A stretch of DNA of 64,000 bases from Eledone cirrhosa (lineage: Eukaryota). The notes beneath the pieces were generated by a model. It was given only the letters and a program-made list of their open reading frames with translations, had not been told where the DNA came from and did not search any database. The translations under genes and the position numbers were made by a program. Every line of letters starts with the position of its first letter. Positions within the stretch are counted from its first letter, which is position 1. The stretch is from NCBI GenBank assembly GCA_964016885.1, contig OZ024742.1, forward strand, positions 51,212,001 to 51,276,000, read 5' to 3'. Of this stretch, positions 13,770-27,511 are shown one piece after another.

Positions 13770-13920
13770 ATCCCGACGGCTGAGCTCCGGTGATTTCGAC
13801 AGCCAGATCCGAACAGCCGTCGGGGTCCTGACTCTTTTCCTATTACCCACTCTACTACACTAAGTAATGAGTACTCTGGTGCGTTATGGTCCACCTGGTT
13901 CCTTACCACTCTTTCATTGT
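13770..13920 (+). repeat. Repeat family 'Z' copy with short inverted 5' piece
   Basis: 13814-13920 matches the reverse complement of ~31155-31258. cccgacggctg...cagccgtcggg forms an inverted pair. Confidence 0.65.
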
Positions 13921-14511
13921 TATATATGTATATATATATAAATTACCATGTTACGCATTAAACAAAATAAGTGATGATAAGCACAATGTTATGATAGAAG
14001 GTATGTTCCAGTAATGGAGATCGGATTGTCCGAACATGAAACCAGATATTTACACTGGGAATCTCTTAATATTCAGAACCACATTTCTACATTTATGTTG
14101 CAATAGATAAATCACGTTTACCTTTTAGATTACCAAACGTATGAAATGTATTCCATTAATATGTTTAGAGATGTTTGCCTTATCAGTAGCAGGCATTAGC
14201 GATGCTTTAGACTAGCATTCATCGGATGATCCATAGTTGCATGGCGAAAGATTTTATGAACGAAGATAACACGCCAATTTTTTCATACACGCATGAGGGA
14301 AAATTTCTTAAAATAATCATGATCTTGAATTCATCTGATCAACTCAGTTTGCTGGATTACAAAGCTAATAACTTCATGTGTTACGTGTTATTAGGTTTAT
14401 ATATGGTATTATTCTTTAAAGCAAAATAAAATATATCAAACATGCATTAACACACATTCGTCTCTATTTTCCTCTCGTCATACACGTATGTACATATATA
14501 TGTGGGATTGC

Positions 14512-14570
<59 letters not shown>

Positions 14571-15454
14571 TACATATATATATATATATATTTATTTAAT
14601 ACATAAACAGAGAAAGCCTTAAGCGATACTCCGACCAACTCCATCTCACTCAACAAACATTAGGATATACTTAAGTATTATTCCAATTTAGTGTTTGGGG
14701 TGCTAACTAATCAGTATTGCGTGGATAGCTGGTTGTATTATTCTATATAAGACATTACTAAACAAATATCTCTTTCCTTCCAGACGGCCGTTTAGGTTAT
14801 AAGATTTCTACAAGTTGGGATAAATAATTTCCAGGATATGTAAAAACTAGTATATAATCCATAGTTTCATACACAAGCTGGCTCTTATAAACTCATCAGT
14901 GGATGCCCAAGTAAAATCGATAAAAGAATTATATCAACATTAATAGAATGGTGATGGTCTCCCTCAGCGCTAAGAAGAGACTGGTAGATTAGAAAATCCA
15001 GCAGTCCTCCCAAAGATAAAATACACGCTGTCCCCAAAAGGGTAAAGGGAGGTCATCTTAAAATAAAACAATATACACGCTGGTCATTTAAACCTGTTAG
15101 GTATTAACCACGTGTTTACGAACTCATATATATATATTTATTTATTTATTGATATATACATATATCCTTTATCCATTCGAGAAATTAAATCCGGTATACG
15201 TGAGTAGCTAGTTGTGTGCGTTAACCGAACCCTCAGAATATTTTATATCTGCAGCTAGACGGGGAGAATACAACTAACTGAAAAAAACTCCTTTGACAGG
15301 TTTTGTTTTTAGTCCTTCAGGATGTCCAAAGTCACCCTCCTCACCAAGAAACCTTGGTGGGTTGCTAGTTTAGTCGCCAACGACCCGACCATGAGACAGG
15401 TTGTACTGGGATACATGTTACCAGTAGCACATAAATACATACATACATATGAAA

Positions 15455-15830
15455 GAGTACTGGTGGAATGTTCCAGTCAAATCCCCAATAAAATGGAAGC
15501 ATAAAAGAACAGATTTAATGATATGGGACAGGAAAAGAAGGCATGCATAGTAGTGGAAGTTAGCTGTCCAGCAAATGCCAATAGAATATTAAAGATTAGC
15601 GAAAAGGAGAATATCTATGCAGAAATATGATGAATTTTCGGATACTCCACCTTGACTATACCTTCAGATTTATACCTGTCATTATCGAGTAGTGGGGTAT
15701 ATTAGTAACTGCCTCAATACAAATCTTGAGAAGCTGGGCTTCACAGAAACAGAAAGATCACGACTAGTTAGGAAATAACAAGTACAATCCATTAATAGAA
15801 CAGTGAGAAATGTAAAACATTCCAACCATT
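15455..15830 (+). mobile_element. 3' fragment of R4/Dong-type RLE LINE
   Basis: WDRKRKACIVVEVSCPA ... FRFIPVII, homologous to 46230-46610. Confidence 0.75.
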
Positions 15831-16167
15831 ATGCATCTAATAAGTGCATGTATACATGTACATATGCAAAGCATATGTACACGCATACATGTAACTCAAA
15901 ACATCCACATCCACACTCACAATAACATCCATACTTGCGCACACATGCACGGATGCAGACATACATACATATATATATATATATGTAAGTGTGTGTGTGT
16001 GTGCGTGCGTGCGCGCACGTATGTGTGTGTGTGTGTGTGTATAAGTATGTTTTGAAACAGCGAGCGAGTTTGAAATTAGACATAGCTTTCGCCGTAGTTT
16101 TTTTTTTACTAAAAAATGGAAAGAGATGAGTATCATCTTTAAGTTTCTAAACCCCTAAATCTGGCTT

Positions 16168-16243
<76 letters not shown>

Positions 16244-17962
16244 CTAATTTTAGCATAAATGAGCGATTAGGGAGATTTGAATTCAATGTTAGTAGGTTAG
16301 TAGGCTACCAGTTTTTCTGTTACTATGGAAAATAAACCATTATATTCTGCATATAAGCCCCTGTTTACAGAAAATGTTTCTGCAGTGCCATCCGTTTGTC
16401 TCGAACAGATACCTTCAATATTCCGTTTCTGTCTGTTAGTTCCTTTTGCAAATCGCTTTGATTGTGTTTTCCTCTACATTTTAGCATACTCCTAAAATTA
16501 CTTACATGAGTATGTTTGTGTTTTAGTCTACATTTTAAAATCCTCCTGAAATTATCTGTTTAACTCCAGCTAGAAATAGAAGCCTATTTCCATCTCTCAA
16601 TATTGATCGGAATCCGTATTTTCGTTTTCATGTGTATGACGTAAATAGTCTCATTATTCACTCAATCCATTCAAATATTGCATCCTTATATCTAACTTTA
16701 ACATTCATATTATTTAAAGTTTCATAATTTGCTTCACATGTTCTAGAAATTTTTAATGTAATCAAAATATGAAATATATTAACAATTATTTAAATCATAA
16801 CTTTCCAAAATAATATTTTGTTTTCATTCCTTAGATAAAAGACCATTAGCTGATTACACCATTTTTCCATCGATCTTCGCTTACATTATATACATTTGCA
16901 GTTAAATATAAAATTCTGTATTAATAAAAGGAATTCTTTTCTAACCTAGTAAACTACACAAGAGAAATTCATAGTTTAATTCTGTTAAGTTTGATTATAT
17001 TCAATAATAATGTACTTTGAGATTTTATTATCTATCATACTTTTCATATATAATATAAATGTCTGTATATCTTAATATCTCATAATCATTAGGCTTTATT
17101 AAAATGTCTATAACATTACTACATATATATGTATACACATATATATATATATACATATATATATAAATATATATATATATGTATATATATATGTGTGTAC
17201 ATATATATGTAGTAATATTATTTGTGTATGTATGTGCACGTTCGTGATTGTGAATGTGTGGGTGATTGTGTGTGTGTGCGTGTGTTTCCCCTAATCCCTT
17301 TTACATTTTAAAATTTCTCTTTCGTTACTCAGATGTATATGAAATGTCACTTGCAGGAATTTTTCAAAAAATAAAATTTTATTCATTTAAAGATTATTGC
17401 TGTTGCTGTTTAGTGGGAAGAAACTATTTATCTTTAATAATATAAGATTTTAATCGATCTCTAAGTTATACATTTATATACCTCGGAATAATTGAACACA
17501 GTAATATAGATGCAAACACACAAAGTAGTTGTCAATCATTCAATAGATAAACCTCCGAATTGCATTACCCATTTTAAAATAGGCTTGTGGGAATATCCAT
17601 CATGTATTGACATATGACTAGAAATATATCCTAGCTCCTGGTTTCCTTGGCATTTGAAACTTTAACTATTCCCCTAATTGTATGAACAGTAGAGAAGTAT
17701 CCTTATTGGAAGAGATATGCGCGGCGTCATCTTGAGAGGTTAATATATATGGCATATTAAAATATTGAAATACATTATTGCCAAACCGTCTATTAAATTC
17801 AATAAACAACAAAAGTTATTTTCCCTAAAATACCTCAAATACATAGGAGCCATTATAGTTTGAATATATATATATATTCATTAGTTAAACAAAACAAGAC
17901 CACAAATTTCACAAGGAAGACATAAATATGTATATATGTATATATATATATATATGTATATA

Positions 17963-18075
<113 letters not shown>

Positions 18076-18076
18076 G

Positions 18077-18158
18077 ATTCTACAGGACTAGAATTGTTTC
18101 ATTCTTGAGAAATCATCATTGATTTCTCAAGAATGAAACAGTTCTAGTCCTGTAGAAT
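18077..18158. repeat. 39-bp-arm hairpin made of family X sequence, apex inside a hammerhead core
   Basis: Arms 18077-18115 and 18120-18158 have one mismatch and a 4-nt loop. Minus strand reads TGATGA-tttctcaagaat-GAAAC-aattcta-GTC. Confidence 0.9.
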
Positions 18159-18197
18159 GTCATCTATATTAAAACTTTTATACTCTGCTATGTACTG

Positions 18198-18245
18198 AGT
18201 ACCTTACTTACTGTGATTACCTCCAATTCAACCCGGAATAACTTA

Positions 18246-18295
<50 letters not shown>

Positions 18296-18343
18296 TAAGA
18301 TATTCCGGGTTGAATCGGAGGTAATCACAGTAAGTAAGGTACT
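18198..18343. repeat. Inverted repeat (50-bp arms) centred on a (TA)n tract
   Basis: 18198-18247 and 18294-18343 are reverse complements with 2 mismatches. Confidence 0.9.
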
Positions 18344-18347
18344 TTTC

Positions 18348-18543
18348 CCCTGTGTTGTTTACTTGTCTCACTCGCTTTACGCGTTTCTATTGTTCTAATA
18401 ACTTATTTTAGTTATTGTCGCTCCAAAGTGAGGTATATGATTTTTAATGCGATGAAATACCCGTGATCGTTGGTAAATCACCGATGAGGGACTCATTTTA
18501 TAACATGTTATCCATGCGCAACCATGCAGTATTCTTCTACCCC

Positions 18544-18548
<5 letters not shown>
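18348..18548 (+). repeat. Repeat family Y, diverged copy
   Basis: Aligns with 29560-29755 (tgttgtttacttgtc...tgaggtat.tgatttttaatgcg...gcagtattcttct). Confidence 0.7.
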
Positions 18549-18582
<34 letters not shown>

Positions 18583-18656
18583 ATAATAATAAATTTGAAG
18601 ACTAAAATCCAAAGAGGGCTCGATTCGGTTGAGAACTCTACTGACTTATATTCATC

Positions 18657-20786
18657 ATGCATAAAAAACATCTGAATATTTCTACAAAGAGCATACCCGT
18701 ACCAAGCAGGAAAACATACCTAAAACTCCTGATACAGAAAACAGACGCGTATATTAAAACGTTGCGTTGGCGTGCCTTTTATTTCGATAATCCGCGAAAA
18801 GCAGACAACAAACAGGATACATTTGGATTTAAAACCCATAATAACCCCCGTGGAACCCAGTACTGCTACCCTTCGAAAATGATGTCTTGGAACTCATTCG
18901 GAGTATCAAATTTTTGAATAGGAGCAATTCCTTCCAGCAAGACCTGAAGAATAGAATTCGTTCTATTAAGGATTCTAACGCCGTGCACGTCCATTCCGAC
19001 AAAACTGGCAACCTATATCAAGTGGAGCGCAGTACTTACCATCAACTACTACATAATGCTGTAACTAAGGATTACCGTAAAACTAATCGGTGCGTCATCA
19101 ATGAAATCAACGATGCTGGATTTAAAATCACATCTGATCTCAACATCCTGGACCGGACCGAAACTCTGGACCCTATTTCTCCACACTTTACCCTGAAGGA
19201 TCACAAATCCAATTTTCCGAACAACCCATCTATTCGGCTTATTAACCCTACGAAGTCCGACTTAGGTAGACTTAGTAAAACGATTCTTGATATAATTATA
19301 CCTGAAATTAGAAGTTTGGCCCCTCTCGCACTGAGGAACAATTCTTTCGCGGTGATTGATTGGTTCAACGGCATATGTAACAAGGAACATTGCCGTTTTA
19401 TCCAATTCGACATCAACAATTACTACTCCTCCATCACTTTACCACTTCTCCTTAGAGCTGTCAATTCCTCTAAAACACTAACAGTGGTTAAAGATTTCGA
19501 AGTTGATGTCATCCTCAATGCCCGAAAGTCGGTGATTAATTTCGACGATTCTATTTGGATTAAAAAATCCAATAGTACCCCATTCGACGTGAGTATGGGC
19601 GCCAGTGACTCTGCGGAGGTTACTGATCTTATTGGCCGTTTCCTTCTTTTCTCTATCAAGGACGAATTCCCTAACGCGGGCGGTGGTTTGTACCGTTACG
19701 ATGGTATTTTTACCATGACTAAGTGCGGACCTCGTGCTTGCGACAGGTTCAGAAAAGAACTCACGGCCTTCTTTAAAGGCTTCAACCTCTCTATACAGGT
19801 TGAGGCCAATCTCTCGGTCGTTAATTACCTCGACGTTACCCACAATTTATCGAATAGGTTGTATTACCCGTATAGAAAGCCGAATGATACGCTTAATTAC
19901 ATAAGTAAGCATTCCAACCATCCTGACAGCATAACCAAGAACCTGGTAAGAAACGTTTCGTTGAGGCTTTCCCGTCTTTCCACCAACGAGCGTATTGTCA
20001 AAGACCATTCCACTTATTACAATGAAGCTCTTGCTCGAAGTGGATTTGTAGATAAGGTAGCATGTACACAGTACGTAAATAGACCTAGAAGAAATAGATC
20101 CCGTCGCATTTGTTGGTATAACCCACCGTATATTATGGAGGTGTCCACACCTTTGGCTAAGATCTTTCTTTCCCTTATTACGAAGCATTTTCCACCTACA
20201 CATAAATATAGTAAACATTTTTAATAGAAATACTATTAAAATGTCTTACTCTATGACTCCTAACCTTGCACATAACATCACACCTTCAAATGTAGCTAAA
20301 CTACATAGCCGTAGAAACACGTGCAACCCAGTAGTTAGTACTAACTGTAATTGTAGGAATCGGGCTGATTGCCCCCTATCCGGGAAATGCCTCTCTAGTA
20401 ACATTGTCTACAAATGTAAGGTTGTAACACCCACGTCCTGTAGGGCCTACATAGGGTTAACCGCCAATAGTTTCAAGCAGCGTCTTTACATGCATACCCA
20501 TTCTTTTCGTTACCCTCTAAGAAGGAATATGACGTCACTTTCAGCTTATATATGGAGTCTAAAAGACAACCACACCCAATATAAGTTACACTGGGAGATC
20601 CTAGCTAGGGCTAGATCGTATAACGGGAATAAAAGACCATGTGACCTCTGCGCCGCTGAGGCCCTGGAAATACTCTACGCCACAGACCACATCTTAAACA
20701 AAAAATCTGAGGCAATTTCGGCTTGTAAACATAAATTGCACAAAACTTTCCTGTATTACAGCCCCACGTTATACCATAACGGATAG
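18657..20786 (+). pseudogene. PLE reverse transcriptase + GIY-YIG endonuclease with two frameshifts (~18845, ~20222)
   Basis: SDKTGN, TLKDHK.NF.NNP..RLINP.KS, FDINNYYSSI, FDVSMGASDSAEV, GLYRYDG (catalytic YRDD mutated), NYLDV, CNCR....CPL.GKC, VYKC...YIGLT...FKQR...H, CDLC..E. Confidence 0.92.
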
Positions 20787-21712
20787 TACGATCTATACGT
20801 GGATATTTTACGTCTTGATGTGAGAGCTAAGTATATGTTTTGTTTATTCCTTTACTTATTTGCATAGGTAAGTATATATTACCCGTATGTTTTGTGAAGG
20901 TACGTATATCTTTTCGTACGTATATTTGATTATGGCGTATAATTTTATATATTCTGGCTGGTACATATGGTTTGGCTAGGTGTATACGGATGTTTTGCGT
21001 CTGTGTAAGTATGCAGGTTCGTACGTATGGTGGGTGTGTGTATATGCGTACTTCATGTTTTAGTTGGCTTACGTCTCCGAACATTCGTGTATTTATATGT
21101 AGGTATGTGTGTGCGCTTGTTATATACGTATTTATTTATATATGTTTATATAATTATTTATTTATCTGTATACACGCATACACACACACACACATATTTA
21201 TATGTGCGTGGTTTTGTATACCTATGGTAAGTTTTCGCGTATGCTTGTGTATGTACGTATTTGTTTTCGTGTATGTATTTATTTATTTCTATTACGTCTG
21301 TATTGTATTTATTTACTTTGTTATTAACTCTGTAGCGGAGTTTCATTTCGTTTCCTAGTTAGAATTTTAGTCTACGACTTCTGCTATACCTTTTACGTGG
21401 TTGTGTCTTTGCGTGCTATTGTTCTCCACGGTCCACATACGACGTATTATCTTCGTTTTTTCGTTCATTACCAGAGAACGTCTCTATGCACCACCTAAGA
21501 GAACATTAGTCTATGACCTCTTTTTTACCATAAACGTGGTTCTGTCTTTGCGCGTAATTGTTTTTCATCGCTCCTATTAATGACGTATTATTCGTTCTTT
21601 CCAGTTCTTTGCCAGAGAACGTTTCCACGAACCAAAGTATCGTCTTCCTGTCTTCCTCCGGTTGCAACGTTTTTTGAAATATCCAGTTCTGCGTTTACAG
21701 ATTGACTTTGTT

Positions 21713-21763
21713 AGTTTCAGAAGATCCCGTTAAGGGTGAAAACAGCGATTCTTTGCTTAAACT
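21713..21763 (+). ncRNA. Hammerhead-like motif, variant core CAGAAGA
   Basis: agttt-CAGAAGA-t-ccc-gttaa-ggg-t-GAAA-ac-agc...gct-TA-aact at the 3' end of the pLTR. Confidence 0.5.
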
Positions 21764-21806
21764 TTAATCTGTTATTTTAATAAATATATATATATATATA
21801 TATATA

Positions 21807-22230
21807 TTGGTAAACGGAATAGAAAATGCTGACAAATTGTTCACAGTTGAAAAATGGTTTAATTAGGAATAAAAGAGTATTAGTAATTGTATATGTTAGT
21901 ATTCAGTTGTGGCTTTAAGTTTTTAAGTTTTTACAGGTTGCGCAATTCTAAATGCTTTTCAAAAATAATTTTGAGATAGAGTGTCCGTGTTGTTTGCTCT
22001 GATCCGAGCAAACAACACGGACACTCTATCTCAAAATTATTTTTGAAAAGCATTTAGAAATGCGCAATCGGTAAAAACTTAAAACCACAACTGAATACTA
22101 ACCCATACAATTACTAATACTCTTTTATTCCTAATTAAACCATTTTTAAACTGTGAACAATTTGTCAGCATTTTCTATTCCGTTTACCAACATATAATAA
22201 CTTGTGTGTTACACCTCTATTCTTTTAACT
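21807..22230. repeat. Fold-back element 'H' copy 1: ~190-bp arms, 6-nt loop, 40-bp unpaired tail
   Basis: 21807-21999 and 22006-22190 are near-perfect reverse complements. Flanked by (TA)n. Confidence 0.95.
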
Positions 22231-22358
22231 ATATATATATATATATATATTGAGTTGTAAGGCCAAGACAATGCAGGTATGTATATAGAATATAAACGCA
22301 AATGCAAAAGATATTGTTGGTTGACAATTAGTCTTTTACCTTAAATTTATTTAAATAT

Positions 22359-22393
22359 CCTTAATTTTCGAGATAATAACTCTTCTTCGGAGG
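22359..22393 (-). ncRNA. Minimal hammerhead-like motif, variant core CCGAAGA
   Basis: cct-CCGAAGA-a-gag-ttattat-ctc-GAAA-at-TA-agg, with AATAAA-like ATAAA downstream. Confidence 0.6.
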
Positions 22394-22586
22394 GAAGTAA
22401 AGTGGTTAATCCAGTGTTCTCATTAGCTTGCCATGTCATGCTGACAGGAAATGGTATAGAGATTCCATTCTATCTCAAATGTCAAAGAGTGAAGGTCAAG
22501 TGTATAAAGAGTAGTCTCCCTTTAAATGGGGTTTTGTACATGTATGTTTAAGTGTGTCGGAGAATACGTGAAGGCGTAAGTTGCGT

Positions 22587-22649
<63 letters not shown>

Positions 22650-25600
22650 CGTGTGTGTGTGAGTGTGAAAACATGTCTATACGTAAATGTGGGGGCTAGA
22701 TGGTCTATTGTTTTAAAACTGGTCTTTGTGTGTGTATGTGTGTGTGAGAGAGAAACTAAGTGGAGGTGTAAGAGTATTTGTGTGTGTGTGTGCGTGTGCG
22801 TATGTGTGTGCGTGTGCGTGTATGTGAGAGCGGGGTGTAAGTGTGGAGCTAGGTGCTCTATCATGTTATAAATTGGGTGTTGAGTTCTAGTCTATTATTG
22901 ATTGGGGGTTGTGTTTTCTCCATAATCAGTGCTTCCTTAATTCTAACATTGTCGAGGTTTCTTTCTTAGTTTCTATCCTAACTATTATGTTTTTGTCGGT
23001 GTTTTTGCATTTCACTAGGTGTTTCATAAATGAGGAAGCGTTAATATTGAAGAGTTGTTTTTATTCTTATGTGAAGTGGTCTGGTGATGCTACCTACGTA
23101 GAAATTGCTTCTTTTTGTAGCTCTCTAATCTGTATACGGCGTGAGCCTGGTGGCTTAGTTCTGTGTCGTTGATGGGGCAGTTGGCTAGCCAGCAGCGGCT
23201 GTCATGTCTGGTGGAGTGTCTTTTTGTTAGCTGTCCGCGTAGAGAAGGTCCTGAGTGGGCTAGTTGGATATCTAGTCCCTCTTGTCTGATATCTCTGCGG
23301 AAGTCTGTTGTTTCGTCACTGAAGTGCGGGAGCTTCAGGAAGCAGATATTAGTGCCTCGGGTGTGGTGTCCTCTGTTCTTTCTGGCACGGTTCTTGGTGG
23401 ACGTCGGGTATCGGTTCAGTTTGAGCAGTTCCAGGAAATGTGTGGTGTGTGTGTCCCGGCCTCTTGCGTCGGTGCATTTGTTCCGAATACGTGTAAGTTC
23501 GTTCCTTATGTATCCGAACTGAGCGCCGGCTGGGAGGGCCGATCTGAAATATACGAACAGGTCCCTGCTGGCGGCTTTTTTATAGAAGCAGGTATGGATG
23601 TTGCCTTCCTCTGTTACCCTGATGTGGAAGTCCAGTAGGGATAGGGATCCGCGGTTATCGGGGTGTTCCATGCTGAACTTTATACTGGCGTCCATGCTGG
23701 CAAATGTCGTGTATATTTTATTCGCCTCCTCACGGGATGATGTAAGGATGAGTATGTCATCTACATATCGGGTGGAGAAGGTATGCGAATGGCAGGTGTG
23801 GAGGGCTCGGCATTCTAGCTGGTTCATATAGGTGATGGCCAGCAGGCCCGATAGGCTGGATCTCATGGGTAATCCTGTTGTCTGTCTGTATGTATGGTGG
23901 TGGAAGGTGAAGTACGTGTTGTCCACTGTGAAGGACAAAAACTGGTGTATGTCCGTCGGATGGAGGCCGTAGCAGTGGATGTCCTCTGCGACCACGCAGT
24001 CCGTCAATAAATCGACTGCTGGATGAGCGGGACTGTAGAGTAGAGGAACACAACGTCGAGGCTAAAGGCGTATCTATTAAGTTTAAGTTGTTCTGGCTGG
24101 AGTTGGTGTAGTCTACGTATGACCTCGTCGGAGCTACTGATATGCCCGGGAAAGGTGGAGAGTAGAGGCTTGACGGCCTGGGAGAGAAGCAAGGAGATTT
24201 GTATAGGGGTATTTCTAAGCTACAGACGATCGGTCTTATTTCTGTCTTAGTACTATTCTTGTGGGTCTTGATGAGGTGAGAGAAAGTGAGCGGTCTGCCA
24301 ATTCTAGTGGTGTAGTTGAACTTAAGTTTATTTGGGAGTTGTCTTCTACTGATGTCGAACCAGATGGAGTTGGCCCGTTTTTCGATCTGGGCTGCAGTCA
24401 TGTCTGGGATCTCTCTATATAGTTCGTTGTCGCTAAGGTGTTCAAAGGCTAGGTTGTTGTATGTGGCTTGAGCTATGACACAAAACTATTTACCTTTGTC
24501 GGATGGTAAGTATATAAGTTCCCTATTCTGCAGGTTCTTCAGGGCGCGTTGTTGTGTTCTGGAGACGTTTGGGGGCCATCTTCTTCTGTTTCCGTAAGAT
24601 GTTATATACGGAACTTTTTAGCCTCGAGAGTTTTTCTTCAAGCTCGCGGTTGGCAGGCGGTGGACAGAGTGGGCGATCCAGTTGGTATCTCGGGAATCTG
24701 GGTGTGTTAGATTCCGTGGTGTTGTTGCCGAGAGTCGATATCCATTTTAGTTAGTAGGCGGCCCGACAGAAATTCGTTTCTATGTCGAGCCATAATTTGT
24801 CTTCCAGTCACTGTTTCAATATGAACTTGGGACTCAGGCTGAGGAGGACTAATTCCTCTCGGAAGAGAGATCCTGTCAAGTCTGTGACGAGGTATTTTGC
24901 GTCAGGTGTGTTGTTGATCGGGGCGCCGCTAGGTTCGGTGTTGGTACCGTCTTGTTCGCCTCTGTTGGTGCTTAGAGTTGGGTTGTAGTTAAGACGATTA
25001 GCCGTGCGGAGTTTGCGTTAGTTGTATTTTCTTGAAGTCTCGGCGATGGTGGTATTAGCTGTCTATAGGAGCGGAGATAACTCTGGGCTGAGGTTCTGGG
25101 GTTTCAGCGAGTTGTGGTACAAGGCTGGAGATAGTCCGTATGTGTTGTCGTAGCGTGCGGTGTTGTATTAGTTTTCTTAGGCAGAACTTTTGTATGTAGC
25201 TAAGTGATCGTTTGAAGCCTGGTGATTTGAAGCATGTTGGTTGGTGCAATTTTTGTTAGTTTTGGGGACGATGTTGTTATTCAGGCATCGTTTGAGGAAG
25301 TTTATTTGGCAGCCGGCTTTGGCGCGCTTTTCAGATAGCTGGAATAGTTTCTTTACAGTTGTGAACTGGGCCTGGCTCAGGCGTAATGAAAGGAAGAAGT
25401 TGTAGTTCACTTGAAGCATTGTGTAATGAGGTATAAATGTTTGGAGTTGTAAGGCCAAACATTAAGGAAGCACTGATTATAGACAAAACACAACCATCAA
25501 TCAATAAAAGAACTCAACACCTAATTTATATAATGATAGAGCACCTAGCCCCACACTTACACACTTCTCTCACACACACGTACACACACACACAGACCAG

Positions 25601-25858
25601 TTTTAACACGATAGAGCATCTATCCCCCACATTTACGTATAGACATATCTTCTCACACTCACACACACACACGCATACCTTCACATATTCTCCCACACAC
25701 TTAAACATACATGTACAAAACCCCTTTTAAAGGAAGACAACTGTTTATCCACTTATCCTTCACTGTTTGACATTAGAGATAGAATGGAATCTCTATACCA
25801 TTTCCTGTCAGCACAACTTGGCAAGCTAATTAGAACACTGGATTAACCACTTTTCTTC

Positions 25859-25894
25859 CCTCCGAAGAAGAGATATTAATTCCGAAAATTAAGG
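25859..25894 (+). ncRNA. Second copy of the minimal hammerhead-like motif in the inverted pLTR
   Basis: cct-CCGAAGA-agagatattaattcc-GAAA-at-TA-agg. Confidence 0.5.
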
Positions 25895-26068
25895 ATATTT
25901 AAATAAATTTAAGGTAAAAGATTAATTGTCAACAAGATCTTTTGCATTAGCATTTATATTCTATATCCATACCTGCATTGTCTTGGCCTTACAACTCCAA
26001 ACATTTATACCTCATTACATAATGCGGCAAGTGAACTACAACTTATTCCTTTATATATATATATATAT

Positions 26069-27511
26069 CTAGAGCGGGTAAAATTCCCGAGATCCATGGA
26101 CGAGTTCTCTCCAGCGGTCTCTGTCCCTCATTATCGCTGCCATGTCCTGCGTGTCCACCAGAACAGTGTATGTCCTTAGGGCATAAATATACGTTAACCT
26201 TGGTCTTCCACTTCCTGTGTGTCCATAAATGGTCTCCCACAGGAGCACTGAGTGCAATGTCAACTCTGGATGTCGGTGAGCATGTCCAGCTACCCTCAGT
26301 CTGCTCTGTGTCACTTTTGAGCTGACTCTTGGGAGGCTCCCATACAGCTCTGAGATTTTCATCCTCAGTGTATACTGATTAATGTTCAGAGCCATCCTCA
26401 GCATTCTCCTGTAGCACCCATCCACCATCTGAGTGAGTTTCTTGGTCAGTGTCCAAGTCTCAGACCCGTACAGCAGCACAGACTCCACTACTGTAATGAA
26501 GAGGTGGATATTCAGATCTTCACGAAGGTCCGACTTCCACACCGATCTCAAGCTGTGGCACGCCGCCCAGGCTTTGCTCTTCCTCTCAACCACATCATCT
26601 TCCGCATTCCCAATCATTGCTCCCAAATACAGGAAGTCCTCACCCAATTCTAGCGGCTTCCCGCCTACATTAGTGATCCCCTCTGGCCTCTCAACATTCT
26701 CTACCAGATATTTTGTTTTAGTCTCATTCATTCTCAGCCCCACACTCATCGATACAGTCTCAACCTCCTGCATCAAATCTTCTGCCCCCTTCACTGTATT
26801 TGTCACCAAAAGTATGTTGTCGGCAAATTCAGCATCTGATATCTTTTTCGCCTTAACTCTCCTGCTCTGAGCCGGTGCTACAGTAAAGCCAGAGTCCTGG
26901 TGTTTCTCCAGTGCAAGGCGCATACAATAGTCCACTACGATGATAACAAGGTAGGGAGCCAATGTATCTCCCTGGAGTACTCCAGCCAGTATCTCAAAGA
27001 ACTCTGTCATCCCATCAGCTGTAATGACTTGGGCTTTCGTGTTGGTGTAGAACAGTGATATGAGGTCCACTATCTTCTTGGGGATTCCATAAGGCTGTAT
27101 GATCTTCATCAGGCAGTGACGGTCCACAGAATCAAAGGCCTTCCTAAAGTCAATGAAAACCATGACCGCAGGAAGGCACTTTGCTCTAACTGCCTCTAAT
27201 ATCCTCCTCAACATCAGGATGTGACTGGTGGTTGATATTCCCTCTATGAAGCCGTTCTGGTTGTCTCTGAGTTTCTTCTCCATCTCAGGATGGATCCTGT
27301 TAAGAATCATCCTGTTGAGGGTCTTTGCCACAAGTGGCGTCAGTGAGATCCCCCTGTACTTGTTGGTGTTAGAGAGATCTCGCTTCTTTGGCACTGGGAC
27401 GATGTTACTGATCCTCCACTGATTCGGGACAACTCTTTTCTCCTGTGCCTGGTTACAGAACCCCAGTATGATATCATCAAAATCACACCTCTTCATCACC
27501 TCTGATGCCAC
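26069..27511 (-). pseudogene. RT domain ORF (480 aa) of the RTE-group LINE
   Basis: Open frame with all RT motifs; the catalytic motif reads FADN instead of FADD. Confidence 0.9.

Larger units (their letters stand above)
18580..21785 (+). mobile_element. Penelope-like element (Naiad-type motifs), near full length, with 3' pLTR
   Basis: Bounded by (TA)n on both sides. Contains an RT + GIY-YIG reading frame, then ~1 kb of GT/T-rich pLTR with an HHR-like motif at 21713-21763. Confidence 0.9.
22251..26052 (-). mobile_element. Penelope-like element with inverted pLTR copy at its 5' end
   Basis: Minus-strand decayed ORF ~25420 to ~22870: PSDKG, FSLDVV.LY, TGLPM.SSLSG, RYVDD, LSLLDF, FYVGSITRPLHIR. 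25458-26052 is an inverted copy of ~22251-22945. TA tracts at both ends. Confidence 0.92.

Noticed and set aside
18460-18492. SECIS-like or hammerhead-like hairpin in repeat family Y (also 29672-29745)
   Set aside because: The stem is too short for a SECIS and is not conserved between copies. CTGACGA is present but GAAA and stem I could not be assigned.
18657-20786. Selenocysteine recoding, reported for some Naiad PLEs
   Set aside because: No in-frame TGA at Cys positions; the breaks are frameshifts. The same holds for 51524-53050.
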